Origin: a virus
IMG/VR virus record: IMGVR_UViG_3300025108_000016
Reading direction: 5' to 3' (one strand)
Length of the DNA: 64,000 nt
Part shown: piece after piece, positions 28,831 to 38,968 of the stretch
Position numbering within the stretch: position 1 is the first letter of the stretch
Layout of the letters: each line of letters starts with the position of its first letter
Made by a program: the position numbers and the translations under genes
The notes under the pieces: generated by a model
Told to the model about the DNA's origin: nothing
The model's input: only the letters and a program-made list of their open reading frames with translations
The model's database searches: none

Positions 28831-28948
28831 AAAAGCCAGTGGTTGAGATCATGCCTGAACTAGATGACGGCGAACCAGATCCTAAACCAATGAAACCTGG
28901 CAAAAAAGATAAAAAGGATAAATAATTCATGCCCTATGACATGAAACA

Positions 28949-29149
28949 ATGTTGTCTTTTCTACTCCCACTAGCATCAAAAATTATCAAAGATGCTGTCG
29001 ATAAAATTCCTGACAATGAAGAACTTGGTGAGAAGATGGTTGAGATCTGTCTTGTTATTCTTGCTAAAGCAGTTAAGTTGACCAAGACTGATATGGACGA
29101 TCAACTTCTTGAGGTTGTATCTGCCGCAATTAAGAACCGAGAAGAGTGA
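28949..29149 (+). CDS. Small hypothetical protein
   Basis: TKTDMDDQL motif; ATAAATA upstream. Confidence 0.75.
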   Translation: MLSFLLPLASKIIKDAVDKIPDNEELGEKMVEICLVILAKAVKLTKTDMDDQLLEVVSAAIKNREE

Positions 29150-29156
29150 TAATACG

Positions 29157-29190
29157 GGGAGAGGTTGTGCCTCTCCTTTTTTTATAAATA
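29157..29190 (+). terminator. Terminator followed by late promoter
   Basis: GGAGAGG-TTGTG-CCTCTCC + T run, then TATAAATA 29183-29190. Confidence 0.8.
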
Positions 29191-29222
29191 ATATGAGAAT
29201 CGAATAGTCTACTGGAGATCCA

Positions 29223-29801
29223 ATGTCCCTATACGGAAGAACGGACAGCAACGTTAACAAAGCCAAAGCAGGCATTGGAGTTGCTGCATCCGCACAAGCA
29301 AAGCAAACAATTTTTCTTGACGACACAGAAGCAGCACTTGCTGAGAACAAAGCACGTGGTCTGAATGCTCCTGGTTGGTGGTCCTACTATACCTACACTG
29401 ATTGTGAAGGTAACACCCGTCATAAGGCAGAGATGCTGGTAACCATTGCTGGTCCTGATCTTAATGCTAATGAGACTCAGGCAGATGATGCTGCTGCAGC
29501 AGACGTAAGTGTATTGATTGACATCCAGACACAACCAGCAGATACTGCTGTTGCTGTTGGTGCTGCTCTACAACTTGTTCTTGCCGCTACCGCTACTCCT
29601 CCTGGTGATGCCTCTGTTCTCACCTTCCAATGGCAGAAGAAGTCTGGTAAGAAATGGGCAGATGTTTCTGGTGCTACCAATACAACGTTTGATGTTGCTT
29701 CTTATGCGGCAACTGATGCTGGTTCCTATCGTGTCAAGATTAACTCCACTAATGGTGCTACCGAGAAAATCTCTGCTGTTGCTGTTGTAACTACTGCCTG
29801 A
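29223..29801 (+). CDS. Virion protein with C-terminal Ig-like domain
   Basis: GLNAPGWW..RHKAE N-domain; QPAD..LTFQWQK..DAGSYRV Ig signature. Confidence 0.8.
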   Translation: MSLYGRTDSNVNKAKAGIGVAASAQAKQTIFLDDTEAALAENKARGLNAPGWWSYYTYTDCEGNTRHKAEMLVTIAGPDLNANETQADDAAAADVSVLIDIQTQPADTAVAVGAALQLVLAATATPPGDASVLTFQWQKKSGKKWADVSGATNTTFDVASYAATDAGSYRVKINSTNGATEKISAVAVVTTA

Positions 29802-29807
29802 TAAGGA

Positions 29808-30164
29808 ATGATCTTCGATGAATTGACACCAGATAACTGGTTATTTTTTACTATCAAACATTATGATAATCCTCAATCAGTTACCTATGGTGATTTTGAA
29901 GAAGATCTAAATAGGATTAGGTATATTAAACGTTTATTCAAACGATATGAGACCACAGGTGAATTAAAAACTCACCTGATTTTAAATCATATTATCGTGA
30001 TGTATAATGTATTTGATGACGCTGCTACGCCTCTACTTTTTTATAAAATAGAGGCTACGCATTGGGCATATTTAAAAGCATTCATGCTTTTTCTAAATAG
30101 ATTACCACAAACTCTTAACACTAAAGTAGACCAAGAATGTCTGAAGCAATTGAATCTAATTTAA
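29808..30164 (+). CDS. Conserved T4-like hypothetical protein
   Basis: YDNPQ..FEEDL.R.RYIKRLF..LILNHII..YNVF. Confidence 0.8.
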   Translation: MIFDELTPDNWLFFTIKHYDNPQSVTYGDFEEDLNRIRYIKRLFKRYETTGELKTHLILNHIIVMYNVFDDAATPLLFYKIEATHWAYLKAFMLFLNRLPQTLNTKVDQECLKQLNLI

Positions 30165-30853
30165 ATGAAATGATGCTAGGTAATGGTAGTGGTCTTGCTA
30201 TGCCTCCTGCATTTGTGTTTGTAAACACAAAAGGTCAACGTAAGTATAAAAAAAATAATCAAGACAAAGTAGATGGTCGCACTGCAGGTGCGAAAAATAT
30301 GCTCTCTCGTATCAATACCCGTAAAAAAATGAAAGAACAAGTAGAAGAAACAATTATTTCTGAAGCAGTGCCCTCAGAAACTGAGAGAGCACAGAAGCAA
30401 ATCCAGCAAGGCAAAAAACTTGGACGCCAGAAGGATATGCAGAAGAAGAAAAAGGAAGCAAAAGAAAAAATGCAGTCCAAGACATCAGAAATGGACACCC
30501 TGATGAAAGCACGTTTGTCTGACTTTAAAAAGAAAGCAAGCGATCAACAGAAAAAAGTCCAGAAAAACTCTTTTGAAATGACAGGTGATACTATGATTCA
30601 TGAAAATACTGATGCACTAGAAGTTGCTCTACAGGTTGCAACTCAGGAACTTAATCCTGCAGGCGAGACATCATTCGCTAAGATTGATTTTTCTGATGGC
30701 ACTACGCAGAACCTAGATAGTTTCTCTGCCAAGCGTATTGCTGCTTGCTATGCACAACTAGATGAACCAAAGCAGCAACAGTTTAGATTCATGCTGAACA
30801 AAGATGCGTCTTCGTATCAGTCGGCATTGGATTTCGCTGTAAGAAATGTATAA
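30137..30853 (+). CDS. Lys/Glu-rich hypothetical late protein
   Basis: Long ORF; DGRT motif; several xxE sites. Confidence 0.7.
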   Translation: MSEAIESNLNEMMLGNGSGLAMPPAFVFVNTKGQRKYKKNNQDKVDGRTAGAKNMLSRINTRKKMKEQVEETIISEAVPSETERAQKQIQQGKKLGRQKDMQKKKKEAKEKMQSKTSEMDTLMKARLSDFKKKASDQQKKVQKNSFEMTGDTMIHENTDALEVALQVATQELNPAGETSFAKIDFSDGTTQNLDSFSAKRIAACYAQLDEPKQQQFRFMLNKDASSYQSALDFAVRNV

Positions 30854-30891
30854 ATAATAAGTATAATTACGCACACTGGCATGTAGCATAT

Positions 30892-31326
30892 ATGGCGTTT
30901 GGTCTTGGTAGATTAGCAGTTTTAGAATCAAAGCTTGACATTTATGAAGATCTCTCCAAAGAGATGCTTGACAAACTCGAAAGAGCAGTGGGAACAATCT
31001 CAGAAAACAGCAACAGAGTTGCTGTAATCTTGGAGCGCCATGAAAATCGTTTGGATGAATCCGAACGTGCCGATAAACTCATCATTAGTATGCTTGATGA
31101 GATGAAGGAAAGGCATGAGAAGGATCATCAACTGGTTCAAGAAAGGATCAGTAAGATCCAAAGGAAAGTGGATGTCAATGCAAAGTTTGTGATAGGTGCT
31201 GGTGCTGTGCTTGCTACCCTTGTGGCAGTGTTACAAGTGGTCCCACCTATCATTAAAATCTTGACACCTGGTTCCAACACTGCTATGATGGAAGGACCAA
31301 GACCTTTAGTACGTGAGTTATCTTGA
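30892..31326 (+). CDS. Coiled-coil protein with C-terminal TM helix
   Basis: TATAAATA at 30849; hydrophobic FVIGAGAVLATLVAVL. Confidence 0.75.
   Translation: MAFGLGRLAVLESKLDIYEDLSKEMLDKLERAVGTISENSNRVAVILERHENRLDESERADKLIISMLDEMKERHEKDHQLVQERISKIQRKVDVNAKFVIGAGAVLATLVAVLQVVPPIIKILTPGSNTAMMEGPRPLVRELS
31261..31289 (+). promoter_or_regulatory. sigma70-type promoter for g61
   Basis: TTGACA-N17-TATGAT. Confidence 0.75.
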
Positions 31327-32302
31327 TAGCAAGTATGTCAGTCTGATTTCTTCGCAACTTGATAAGTTCGTAAAGAAGAACGACAAGACATATAATTTTC
31401 GTTGTCCATATTGTGGCGACTCTCAAAAACATAAAAACAAAGCTCGTGGGTATCTTTTCAAAGTCAAGAATGACTTTGTGTTTAAGTGTCACAATTGTGG
31501 CATGGGCAGAACGTTTACTAATTTCTTAAAAGATCACTCATCTCATCTCCATGATCAGTATGTCATGGAAAGATATAGAGAGGGATTGACTGGCAGAAAT
31601 AGTCAGACTGCAAAACCAAAACTTGATTTCAAGAAACCAGTCTTTAAAAAAACGAAAGAGACAGGATTACAACCAATCTCTGCGCTAAATAGTTCTCACC
31701 CAGCAAGAGAATATTTACAGAATCGAAAAATTGAAGACTTAAATAGTTTTTACTATTGCCCCAAGTTTAAAGCATGGACTAACGAACAGAAGAGAACGTT
31801 TGATACGTTACGTCAGGATAGTCCAAGAATTATCATCCCATTGAGGGATAAAGATGGAACCATGTTTGGTTTCCAGGGAAGATCTCTTGCCCCTAAAGCT
31901 AAGATCAGATACATTACAATTATGCTAGATGAGTCCATGCCTAAAGTGTATGGATTAGATCGTGTTGACTCCACCAAGGAAGTATATGTCACAGAAGGAC
32001 CCTTCGACAGTCATTTCATTGACAACGCTATTGCTATGTGTGGTAGCGATGTTAACCTTAGCAGTTACGATTATCGATTCGTATACACCTACGACAACGA
32101 ACCCAGATCTAGAGAAATTGTTAATAAGATTGCATCAACGATCAAGGCAGGGCACAAGGTAGTCATCTTCCCTAAGAGCATTAAAGAGAAAGACTTAAAC
32201 GACATGGCACTCGCTGGACATGACGTTCAATCTCTGGTAGAATCAAACACTTACAGCGGCTTAGAAGCAACACTTAAAATGAACGAATGGAAAAAGGTAT
32301 GA
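31313..32302 (+). CDS. g61: DNA primase gp61
   Basis: CPYCGDS..CHNC zinc finger; TEGPFDS, DNEPR TOPRIM. Confidence 0.95.
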   Translation: MSYLDSKYVSLISSQLDKFVKKNDKTYNFRCPYCGDSQKHKNKARGYLFKVKNDFVFKCHNCGMGRTFTNFLKDHSSHLHDQYVMERYREGLTGRNSQTAKPKLDFKKPVFKKTKETGLQPISALNSSHPAREYLQNRKIEDLNSFYYCPKFKAWTNEQKRTFDTLRQDSPRIIIPLRDKDGTMFGFQGRSLAPKAKIRYITIMLDESMPKVYGLDRVDSTKEVYVTEGPFDSHFIDNAIAMCGSDVNLSSYDYRFVYTYDNEPRSREIVNKIASTIKAGHKVVIFPKSIKEKDLNDMALAGHDVQSLVESNTYSGLEATLKMNEWKKV

Positions 32303-34620
32303 GCACAATCAACGTAGAGAAGCGCGACGGGTCCATTGAACCTCTCAACCTTGAAAAGATTCACAAGATGGTTGAAGAGGCGACAGAAGGTCTCTCAGGA
32401 GTCTCTGCAAGTCAAGTAGAAATGCATTCCAATATTCAATTTCATGATGGGATCACTACTGAGAACATTCAAGAGATTCTTATTAGATCTGCGAGTGATT
32501 TAATTAGTCTAGATAATCCAAACTATCAATACGTTGCTGCTCGACTTCTTCTCTTTGGTCTTCGCAAACAAGTATTTAATAAATCTGTTTGGAAAGATGG
32601 TATGCCATCAGCATATGATGTTGCACTATATAATGCTACCATCAACAAAGTTTATGATGAAGAGTTGCTAGATAAGTATAGCGACGATGACTGGGACAAA
32701 ATTAATACTTGGGTAGATCATGGTAGAGACTATCTGTTTTCTTATGCAGGTCTACGCCAAGTTGTAGATAAGTATCTTGTCCAAGATCGAAGCAGCGGAG
32801 ATGTGTACGAAACTCCTCAGTACATGTATCTGTTTATTGCAATGACATTGTTTGCGGAGTACCCTCTAGATACTAGACTCGATTATGTCCGAAGATACTA
32901 CAACGCAATCAGCAAGCACAAGATCAACATTCCCACACCTATCATGGCAGGGGTGCGAACTCCACTTCGACAGTTTGCTAGCTGTGTTCTTATTGATGCT
33001 AATGACACCCTCGATAGCATCTTTTCTAGTGACATGGCGATTGGCAAGTATGTTGCTCAACGTGCAGGAATCGGTATCAACGCAGGCAGAATCCGTGGGG
33101 TCAATGCTAAGATCCGAGGCGGAGAAGTCGCTCACACAGGTGTTATCCCATTCCTCAAAAAATTTGAAAGCACTGTCAGATGTTGTACGCAAAATGGCAT
33201 CCGAGGTGGATCAGCTACAGTACACTTCCCAATCTGGCACCAAGAAATAGAAGACATTATTGTTCTTAAAAATAATAAGGGCACAGAAGATAATCGTGTA
33301 CGTAAACTAGATTATTCTATTCAAACATCCAAGTTATTCTATGAACGTTTCATTAAGAATGAAGAGATTAGCCTCTTCTCACCGCATGACGTACCAGGTC
33401 TCTATGATGCTTTTGGTACTGATGCATTTGACGCTCGCTATGTGGACTATGAATCAGATCAGTCTATTCCAAGAAAGACTGTCGGGGCGCAAGAACTAAC
33501 TCTAGCTCTTCTAAAAGAAAGAGCAGAAACTGGTCGTCTATATATCATGAATATAGATCATTGCAACTCTCATTCTTCTTTCAAAGATAAGGTTAGTATG
33601 TCTAATCTTTGTCAAGAGATTACTCTTCCTACTAACCCAATTGAGCACATTGATGACCCATTTGGGGAGATTGCACTATGTATTCTCTCTGCAGTCAATG
33701 TTGGTAAACTCAAATCACTAGATGAAATGGAAGAACTATGTGACTTAGCAGTCCGTGGTCTCGAAGAATTGATTGATTATCAAAACTACCCTGTTAAAGC
33801 AGCAGAAATCTCAACACAGAATCGCCGTAGTCTAGGGGTAGGTTACATTGGTCTTGCTCATTACCTAGCACGTCAAGGAGTTAAATACGATGACCCAGCA
33901 TCTTGGAAACTTGTCCATGACCTGTCTGAATCTTTCCAATACAATCTACTCAGAGCCAGTAACGAGTTGGCAAAAGAAAAAGGAAAATGTGGTTATTACG
34001 ATCGCACAAAATATTCCGATGGTGTCCTCCCAATCGACACTTACAAGCGTGAAGTTGACACAATCGCAGGAGGATTGAATTGTGATTGGGATAGTCTTCG
34101 CTCAGATATCAAAGAGTTCGGATTGCGACACAGCACATTGTCCGCACAGATGCCTTCAGAAAGTAGTTCCGTTGTGTCAAATGAAACCAATGGAATCGAA
34201 CCACCTAGAGATTACTTGTCCGTTAAAAAATCAAAGAAAGGACCTCTTAAGCAAATTGTTCCTCAGTACAATACCCTGAAGAACAACTACACTCTTCTAT
34301 GGGACATGAAGAGCAATGAAGGATACATTAATATTGTTTCTGTAATGCAGAAATTCTTTGATCAAGCAATTTCTGGTAACTGGAGTTACAATCCAGAAAA
34401 TTATCTAGACAATAAAGTTCCAGTCTCTGTAATGGCAGGTGACTTTTTAAATACATATAAGTACGGTTGGAAGACTTCGTATTATCAAAATACGTATGAC
34501 AGCAAAACCGATATTGATACTGATGATACTAATGAAGAACCAAAGTCTGCTGAAGACTTAGTACAAGACATTTTAAACCAAGAACAAGAAGGAGAAGCGT
34601 GTGACAGCTGTGCAATTTAA
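32299..34620 (+). CDS. nrdA: Ribonucleotide reductase class Ia alpha
   Basis: ATP cone KRDG, PTPIMAG, SNLCQEI, C-terminal CDSC. Confidence 0.97.
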   Translation: MSTINVEKRDGSIEPLNLEKIHKMVEEATEGLSGVSASQVEMHSNIQFHDGITTENIQEILIRSASDLISLDNPNYQYVAARLLLFGLRKQVFNKSVWKDGMPSAYDVALYNATINKVYDEELLDKYSDDDWDKINTWVDHGRDYLFSYAGLRQVVDKYLVQDRSSGDVYETPQYMYLFIAMTLFAEYPLDTRLDYVRRYYNAISKHKINIPTPIMAGVRTPLRQFASCVLIDANDTLDSIFSSDMAIGKYVAQRAGIGINAGRIRGVNAKIRGGEVAHTGVIPFLKKFESTVRCCTQNGIRGGSATVHFPIWHQEIEDIIVLKNNKGTEDNRVRKLDYSIQTSKLFYERFIKNEEISLFSPHDVPGLYDAFGTDAFDARYVDYESDQSIPRKTVGAQELTLALLKERAETGRLYIMNIDHCNSHSSFKDKVSMSNLCQEITLPTNPIEHIDDPFGEIALCILSAVNVGKLKSLDEMEELCDLAVRGLEELIDYQNYPVKAAEISTQNRRSLGVGYIGLAHYLARQGVKYDDPASWKLVHDLSESFQYNLLRASNELAKEKGKCGYYDRTKYSDGVLPIDTYKREVDTIAGGLNCDWDSLRSDIKEFGLRHSTLSAQMPSESSSVVSNETNGIEPPRDYLSVKKSKKGPLKQIVPQYNTLKNNYTLLWDMKSNEGYINIVSVMQKFFDQAISGNWSYNPENYLDNKVPVSVMAGDFLNTYKYGWKTSYYQNTYDSKTDIDTDDTNEEPKSAEDLVQDILNQEQEGEACDSCAI

Positions 34621-35785
34621 AGTTAGTGATGCAGAATATAAAACAATTGAAGGCATGACCGTGTTTAATAAAAATCATGTGGACACCACTACACAGACAA
34701 TGTTTTTTGGTGCCCCTCTTGGGGTTCAAAGATATGATAATTTCAAGTATCCAGTCTTTGATAAACTAACTCAGCAACAACTAGGTTTCTTCTGGAGACC
34801 AGAAGAAGTTTCACTACAAAAAGATCGTGCAGACTATCAACAACTCCGACCAGAACAGAAGCACATCTTCACGTCGAACCTCAAGTATCAGATCATGCTT
34901 GACTCCGTACAAGGTCGTGGTCCTGGCATGGCTTTCATGCCTTATTGCAGCTTACCCGAACTTGAGTCAGCAATGAATATATGGCAGACCATGGAGATGA
35001 TCCATAGTCGCTCGTATACTCATATTATCAAGAATATCTACCCTGATCCGTCTGAAATTTTTGATCAAATTATCACTGACGAAAAAATTCTGGAACGTGC
35101 TACCAGTGTCACTAAAGCATACGATGAGTTTCTACAAGCAGCACATCAGTATGATAGTGGTAACATGTGGCGTCCTGACTTTAAAGATTCCCCAAGTGCT
35201 CAGTGGGAATTGAAAGATCTGAAACGTAAATTGTATCGTGCTGTAGCAAACGTTTATATTCTTGAAGGAATTAGATTCTATGTTTCGTTTGCTTGTTCTT
35301 TTGCGTTTGGCGAGAACAAACAGATGGAAGGTAATGCCAAGATTATTTCTCTTATTGCTAGAGATGAATCACAGCATATGACTATCACCCAAAACATCCT
35401 TAACAAATGGAAAGAGGGTGATGATCCTGATATGATTTCTATTGTCAAAGAAGAAGAAGAAAATGTTTATAACATGTTTAGAAAATGTGTGGAAGAAGAA
35501 GTAATCTGGGCTGATTATCTTTTCAAAGATGGATCGATGATTGGTCTTAATGCAAAACTTCTACAGAAGTATGTTGAGTGGACTGCCAATAGACGCATGA
35601 AAACTATTGGATTGAAACCAATCTTTGATGTTCCAGCAAATAACAATCCTTTGCCTTGGACACAACACTGGTTGAGTTCTAAAGGATTGCAAGTGGCACC
35701 ACAGGAAACAGAAGTTGAGTCATATGTAATTGGAGGTATCACACAAGATGTTGAAGAAAATACTTTTGCGGCTTTTGAATTGTGA
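34601..35785 (+). CDS. nrdB: Ribonucleotide reductase class Ia beta
   Basis: FWRPEEV, EMIHSRSY, EGIRFY, RDESQH, APQETE. Confidence 0.97.
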   Translation: MTAVQFKVSDAEYKTIEGMTVFNKNHVDTTTQTMFFGAPLGVQRYDNFKYPVFDKLTQQQLGFFWRPEEVSLQKDRADYQQLRPEQKHIFTSNLKYQIMLDSVQGRGPGMAFMPYCSLPELESAMNIWQTMEMIHSRSYTHIIKNIYPDPSEIFDQIITDEKILERATSVTKAYDEFLQAAHQYDSGNMWRPDFKDSPSAQWELKDLKRKLYRAVANVYILEGIRFYVSFACSFAFGENKQMEGNAKIISLIARDESQHMTITQNILNKWKEGDDPDMISIVKEEEENVYNMFRKCVEEEVIWADYLFKDGSMIGLNAKLLQKYVEWTANRRMKTIGLKPIFDVPANNNPLPWTQHWLSSKGLQVAPQETEVESYVIGGITQDVEENTFAAFEL

Positions 35786-35949
35786 TAAGATATTCTTTAC
35801 CTCGATGGAGAGAAGATCTCCTACAGACAAACCTACTCAATCAGGAGGAGAGAGATCTCCTCTCGAAGGGTCCATCAAGTCTCGCTCAAGCATGGAGAAT
35901 GCAGGCAATAAAGTACAAATACGCGACCCGTGGGACTAATGGATGTTGA
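35782..35949 (+). CDS. Small hypothetical protein (55 aa)
   Basis: GTGA overlap with nrdB stop; MIRYSLPRWREDLL...GPSSLAQAWRMQAIKYKY. Confidence 0.6.
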   Translation: MIRYSLPRWREDLLQTNLLNQEERDLLSKGPSSLAQAWRMQAIKYKYATRGTNGC

Positions 35950-36592
35950 ATTGATTTCTTTCGGACGTGATGGTATTATCATTGCCGATTTGCAAGAGAG
36001 TGATGTTGATATTGTAACCAAAGAAGTTTATTCTATTAAAGAAAATTTTGATGGACACATAAAAGCAACAAACTTTCTTGCTGGAAACATTGAGCAAGAA
36101 TATAAATTATCTCAAGATAGTATTCAATGTTTAGATAGAATACTGAGACCAATTATTGATGAGTACAATAAAAAATTTACTTGTGTACGTGACATCATGG
36201 TTTTGGATAATGATCTTCCGATGGACTTGGTTTATACTTGGGTAAACTTTCAAAAAAAATATGAATTTAACCCTGCCCATAGACATGGCGGGGTTTTTAG
36301 TTTTATCTTTTGGATAGATATTCCTTTTTCATATGAAGATGAGATGCAAACTCCAGGTGTCATAGATTCAAATACAAAGTGTCCTGGTGTTGTCGAGTGG
36401 TTATACACTGGCTCGCTAGGAAGAATAGAAGGATTTAAGTTGCCTGTAGATAAGACATACAATTATAAACTTGCTTTGTTTCCATCTGCTATGATGCATT
36501 TAGTGTACCCTTTCTATACATCTGATGACTATAGAATTAGTGTGTCGGGCAATTATTTCCTCACCGATAAATATTTAAAAAATAATATGTAA
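35939..36592 (+). CDS. 2OG-Fe(II) oxygenase-like protein
   Basis: WVNFQKKYEFNPAHRH, FPSAMMHLVYPF, RISVSGN. Confidence 0.82.
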   Translation: MDVELISFGRDGIIIADLQESDVDIVTKEVYSIKENFDGHIKATNFLAGNIEQEYKLSQDSIQCLDRILRPIIDEYNKKFTCVRDIMVLDNDLPMDLVYTWVNFQKKYEFNPAHRHGGVFSFIFWIDIPFSYEDEMQTPGVIDSNTKCPGVVEWLYTGSLGRIEGFKLPVDKTYNYKLALFPSAMMHLVYPFYTSDDYRISVSGNYFLTDKYLKNNM

Positions 36593-36924
36593 TGAAAACA
36601 CAAAGTGCTAAGGCGAAGGGCAGGAATCTACAGAAGTGGGTGAGACAAATGTTGATCGAGATTTTAGATGTTCATCCTGAGGATATTGAGTCGCGATCAA
36701 TGGGTGCTGGTGGAGAAGATCTTATCATGGCCCGTGCAGCAAGACAAAAGTTTCCTCATTCGATTGAATGTAAGAATGTGGAAAGGTTAAATGTATGGGA
36801 TGCTTATGAACAGGCAGCATCAAATTGTGGTGACTATGAACCAATCGTAGTCATGAAGAAGAATAGGAAGAAACCACTGGTTGTTGTGGATGCTGAATAT
36901 TTTATTGCTCTCTTTAATAAATAG
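36592..36924 (+). CDS. PD-(D/E)xK endonuclease (resolvase-like)
   Basis: SAKAKGR, GEDLI, SIECKN. Confidence 0.8.
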   Translation: MKTQSAKAKGRNLQKWVRQMLIEILDVHPEDIESRSMGAGGEDLIMARAARQKFPHSIECKNVERLNVWDAYEQAASNCGDYEPIVVMKKNRKKPLVVVDAEYFIALFNK

Positions 36925-36944
36925 AGTTGCCTAACTCTTTACTC

Positions 36945-37235
36945 ATGGAATCAAATCCACAGAAGAAAGAGGAATCCAAAAAGGAAAACAAATTTGAGTG
37001 GGCGGATGAGGGTGTGTCAACTCTCGTCCGAGTTATTATTCTTGGTTGGTCAGCAGCAATTCTGACTCTTAATTATGTAACTGTTCCTGGTATTCCTCAG
37101 AAAAATATCGATCCAACTTTTATCGCCAGTGTTTTTACTGGAACTTTAGCTACGTTCGGGGTCATGCCTTCCAAAAAGAAGGATGAATCCAAGCAAGCAC
37201 CTACATTGGAGAAGAAAGATGCAAAAATTGATTAA
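36945..37235 (+). CDS. Two-TM membrane protein
   Basis: DPTFIASVFTGTLATFGV; ATAAATA upstream. Confidence 0.75.
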   Translation: MESNPQKKEESKKENKFEWADEGVSTLVRVIILGWSAAILTLNYVTVPGIPQKNIDPTFIASVFTGTLATFGVMPSKKKDESKQAPTLEKKDAKID

Positions 37236-37443
37236 TGTAGTCGCGTTGTTATCTGGTCTAGTTTCTTTATCTGTCTTAGGGGGTGGTGCTTATCTTTACG
37301 TTCAAAAGGATACATTAATCGAAGGTGCTAGGGAGAAAGCAACTGCTGCTATCACCGAAGCAATCACAGAAGCACTACCAGGAATGGTAAATGCTGCTAT
37401 GCCTAAGATGCCTGAAGTAACTGGTCCCTCTATGCCATTCTAA
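37219..37443 (+). CDS. Single-TM hypothetical protein
   Basis: N-terminal hydrophobic helix. Confidence 0.7.
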   Translation: MQKLINVVALLSGLVSLSVLGGGAYLYVQKDTLIEGAREKATAAITEAITEALPGMVNAAMPKMPEVTGPSMPF

Positions 37444-37445
37444 CC

Positions 37446-38015
37446 ATGAATAAACTTAAGATCGTCGCCGCTTCAGTTGGCGGAGTATTTGTTGTAGCAC
37501 ATATAGGTCTGCTTGGATATGTTTTCAGGCAGGAACCTGAACCTGTGCTCCAACCTCCTACATTTCACATCCCCCGTGGTCCTTATTCTTCTTACAGGAT
37601 TAAGGCAGGTAAGGATGGTTATGAGATTGAATTCCGTGCTGACGATCCTAAGATTTTGGAGTCTGAAAGGTCTTTAGATGTTGACAAAGAGAGGAGAGGA
37701 TTGTTTGGTGGCGGATCTGAAATTAGAAATGAGTACCGCCGTGATCAATATACCCGTGAAGGCACCAGGAATCTAGGAGGTGCAACTGACGAGCAGGGAA
37801 AGTCTGCGAAAGAAATCGAGTGCATCGTGGCGGACGCTGGAGCACGTTCACAAGGTGCAATGGCAGGTAGTGCTATTGCTGCTGGAGTTGCTGTTCCTGC
37901 CCTTGCTAGCATCCCCTACGTGGGTTGGTTGGCAGGTGGATGGGCATTGCTCCTAGGACAGAAAGCAGGGTCTTCACTTGGTTCTCAAGTTGGAAGCGTA
38001 TTTAATGATTGTTAA
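37446..38015 (+). CDS. Membrane protein with glycine-zipper-like C-terminus
   Basis: GAMAGSAIAAG..IPYVGWLAGG. Confidence 0.75.
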   Translation: MNKLKIVAASVGGVFVVAHIGLLGYVFRQEPEPVLQPPTFHIPRGPYSSYRIKAGKDGYEIEFRADDPKILESERSLDVDKERRGLFGGGSEIRNEYRRDQYTREGTRNLGGATDEQGKSAKEIECIVADAGARSQGAMAGSAIAAGVAVPALASIPYVGWLAGGWALLLGQKAGSSLGSQVGSVFNDC

Positions 38016-38039
38016 ATAGTTAAGTATTGAGGAAACATT

Positions 38040-38153
38040 ATGGCTCAAACGACTTATAAGAAGCAACAGAAGAAAGAAGCGACAGAAACATTTTTCTTAT
38101 ATGTATTCTTTCATTCTATCTGGACAGGAATTTTTAAAATATTTGAAGACTGA
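38040..38153 (+). CDS. Microprotein (37 aa)
   Basis: GAGG SD; TGATG coupling; MAQTTYKKQQKKEATETFFLYVFFHSIW... Confidence 0.55.
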   Translation: MAQTTYKKQQKKEATETFFLYVFFHSIWTGIFKIFED

Positions 38154-38968
38154 TGCCTGAAATACCCATCATTACAGGTGGTGATATTAGTATTAAAGAT
38201 ATTCAAATTAATACTATTACTATACCCACCTATGACTTTAATAGCACTTCAACATCCATACCATTAGCAGCTCCAGTAGTTGTAAACATTGGTGTGCCTG
38301 TGGTTAATATACCAGGATGTGTTGAGGCGACTGAAACTAATACTGCTAAAAATAATCAACTGAGGCAAGATGACCCGAATGGATTGGTTACGTATTGCGA
38401 TTCTGGGGTTCCCAATTTTAATCCTCTTTCTTTTGAACCAAACCAGATGATTATGACTGGTCCACCAAAAGTGGATACTAGATCACCTGATGCACCGAAA
38501 CCACCTGAAGTTAAACCACCAGAAACAAATCAACCTGTTGCTACCGCTGTAATAGTTTGTCCTACAGAAGCACAGAACGCACAAGAACCTGTGGGAACAT
38601 ATGTAGAAGGATTTAGAAAGATAGTTACTGGTTACAAACTCATCGATAAGACATGTGTTCAACTAACAGAACCAGTTCCAGTGCCTACACAAATTCTTGC
38701 TGGTCTACCTAGTGGTGGACAGGTAATGCAGGTGGGTGGTATTGCTGTCATTGCTACATCATCAGCACTATTAGCAAAACCGCTGGCAGACATACTATTG
38801 AAAGCAGTCAAACCAGCGGTTAAGAAAGTTATGAAAAAGATTGCTACCTTACGTGGTAAGAAACCTCCTATTTTGTCTGCAGGGGAGCGCCGAGCAGAGC
38901 AGCGTCAGATGAATGAGGCAGTACGGGTATTGCGCTCTGTTTTTCCTCGGAAGAAGAAGAAACTCTAG
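38153..38968 (+). CDS. Pro-rich hypothetical protein with C-terminal TM and basic tail
   Basis: Paired Cys, PVVNIPGCVE motif. Confidence 0.75.
   Translation: MPEIPIITGGDISIKDIQINTITIPTYDFNSTSTSIPLAAPVVVNIGVPVVNIPGCVEATETNTAKNNQLRQDDPNGLVTYCDSGVPNFNPLSFEPNQMIMTGPPKVDTRSPDAPKPPEVKPPETNQPVATAVIVCPTEAQNAQEPVGTYVEGFRKIVTGYKLIDKTCVQLTEPVPVPTQILAGLPSGGQVMQVGGIAVIATSSALLAKPLADILLKAVKPAVKKVMKKIATLRGKKPPILSAGERRAEQRQMNEAVRVLRSVFPRKKKKL

Noticed and set aside
18473-35785. Inteins or split genes in g43, g41, nrdA, nrdB
   Set aside because: All have normal lengths and continuous motifs
35730-35939. Tracked 69-aa ORF after nrdB
   Set aside because: The alternative frame 35782-35949 has a GTGA overlap with the nrdB stop and looks more protein-like
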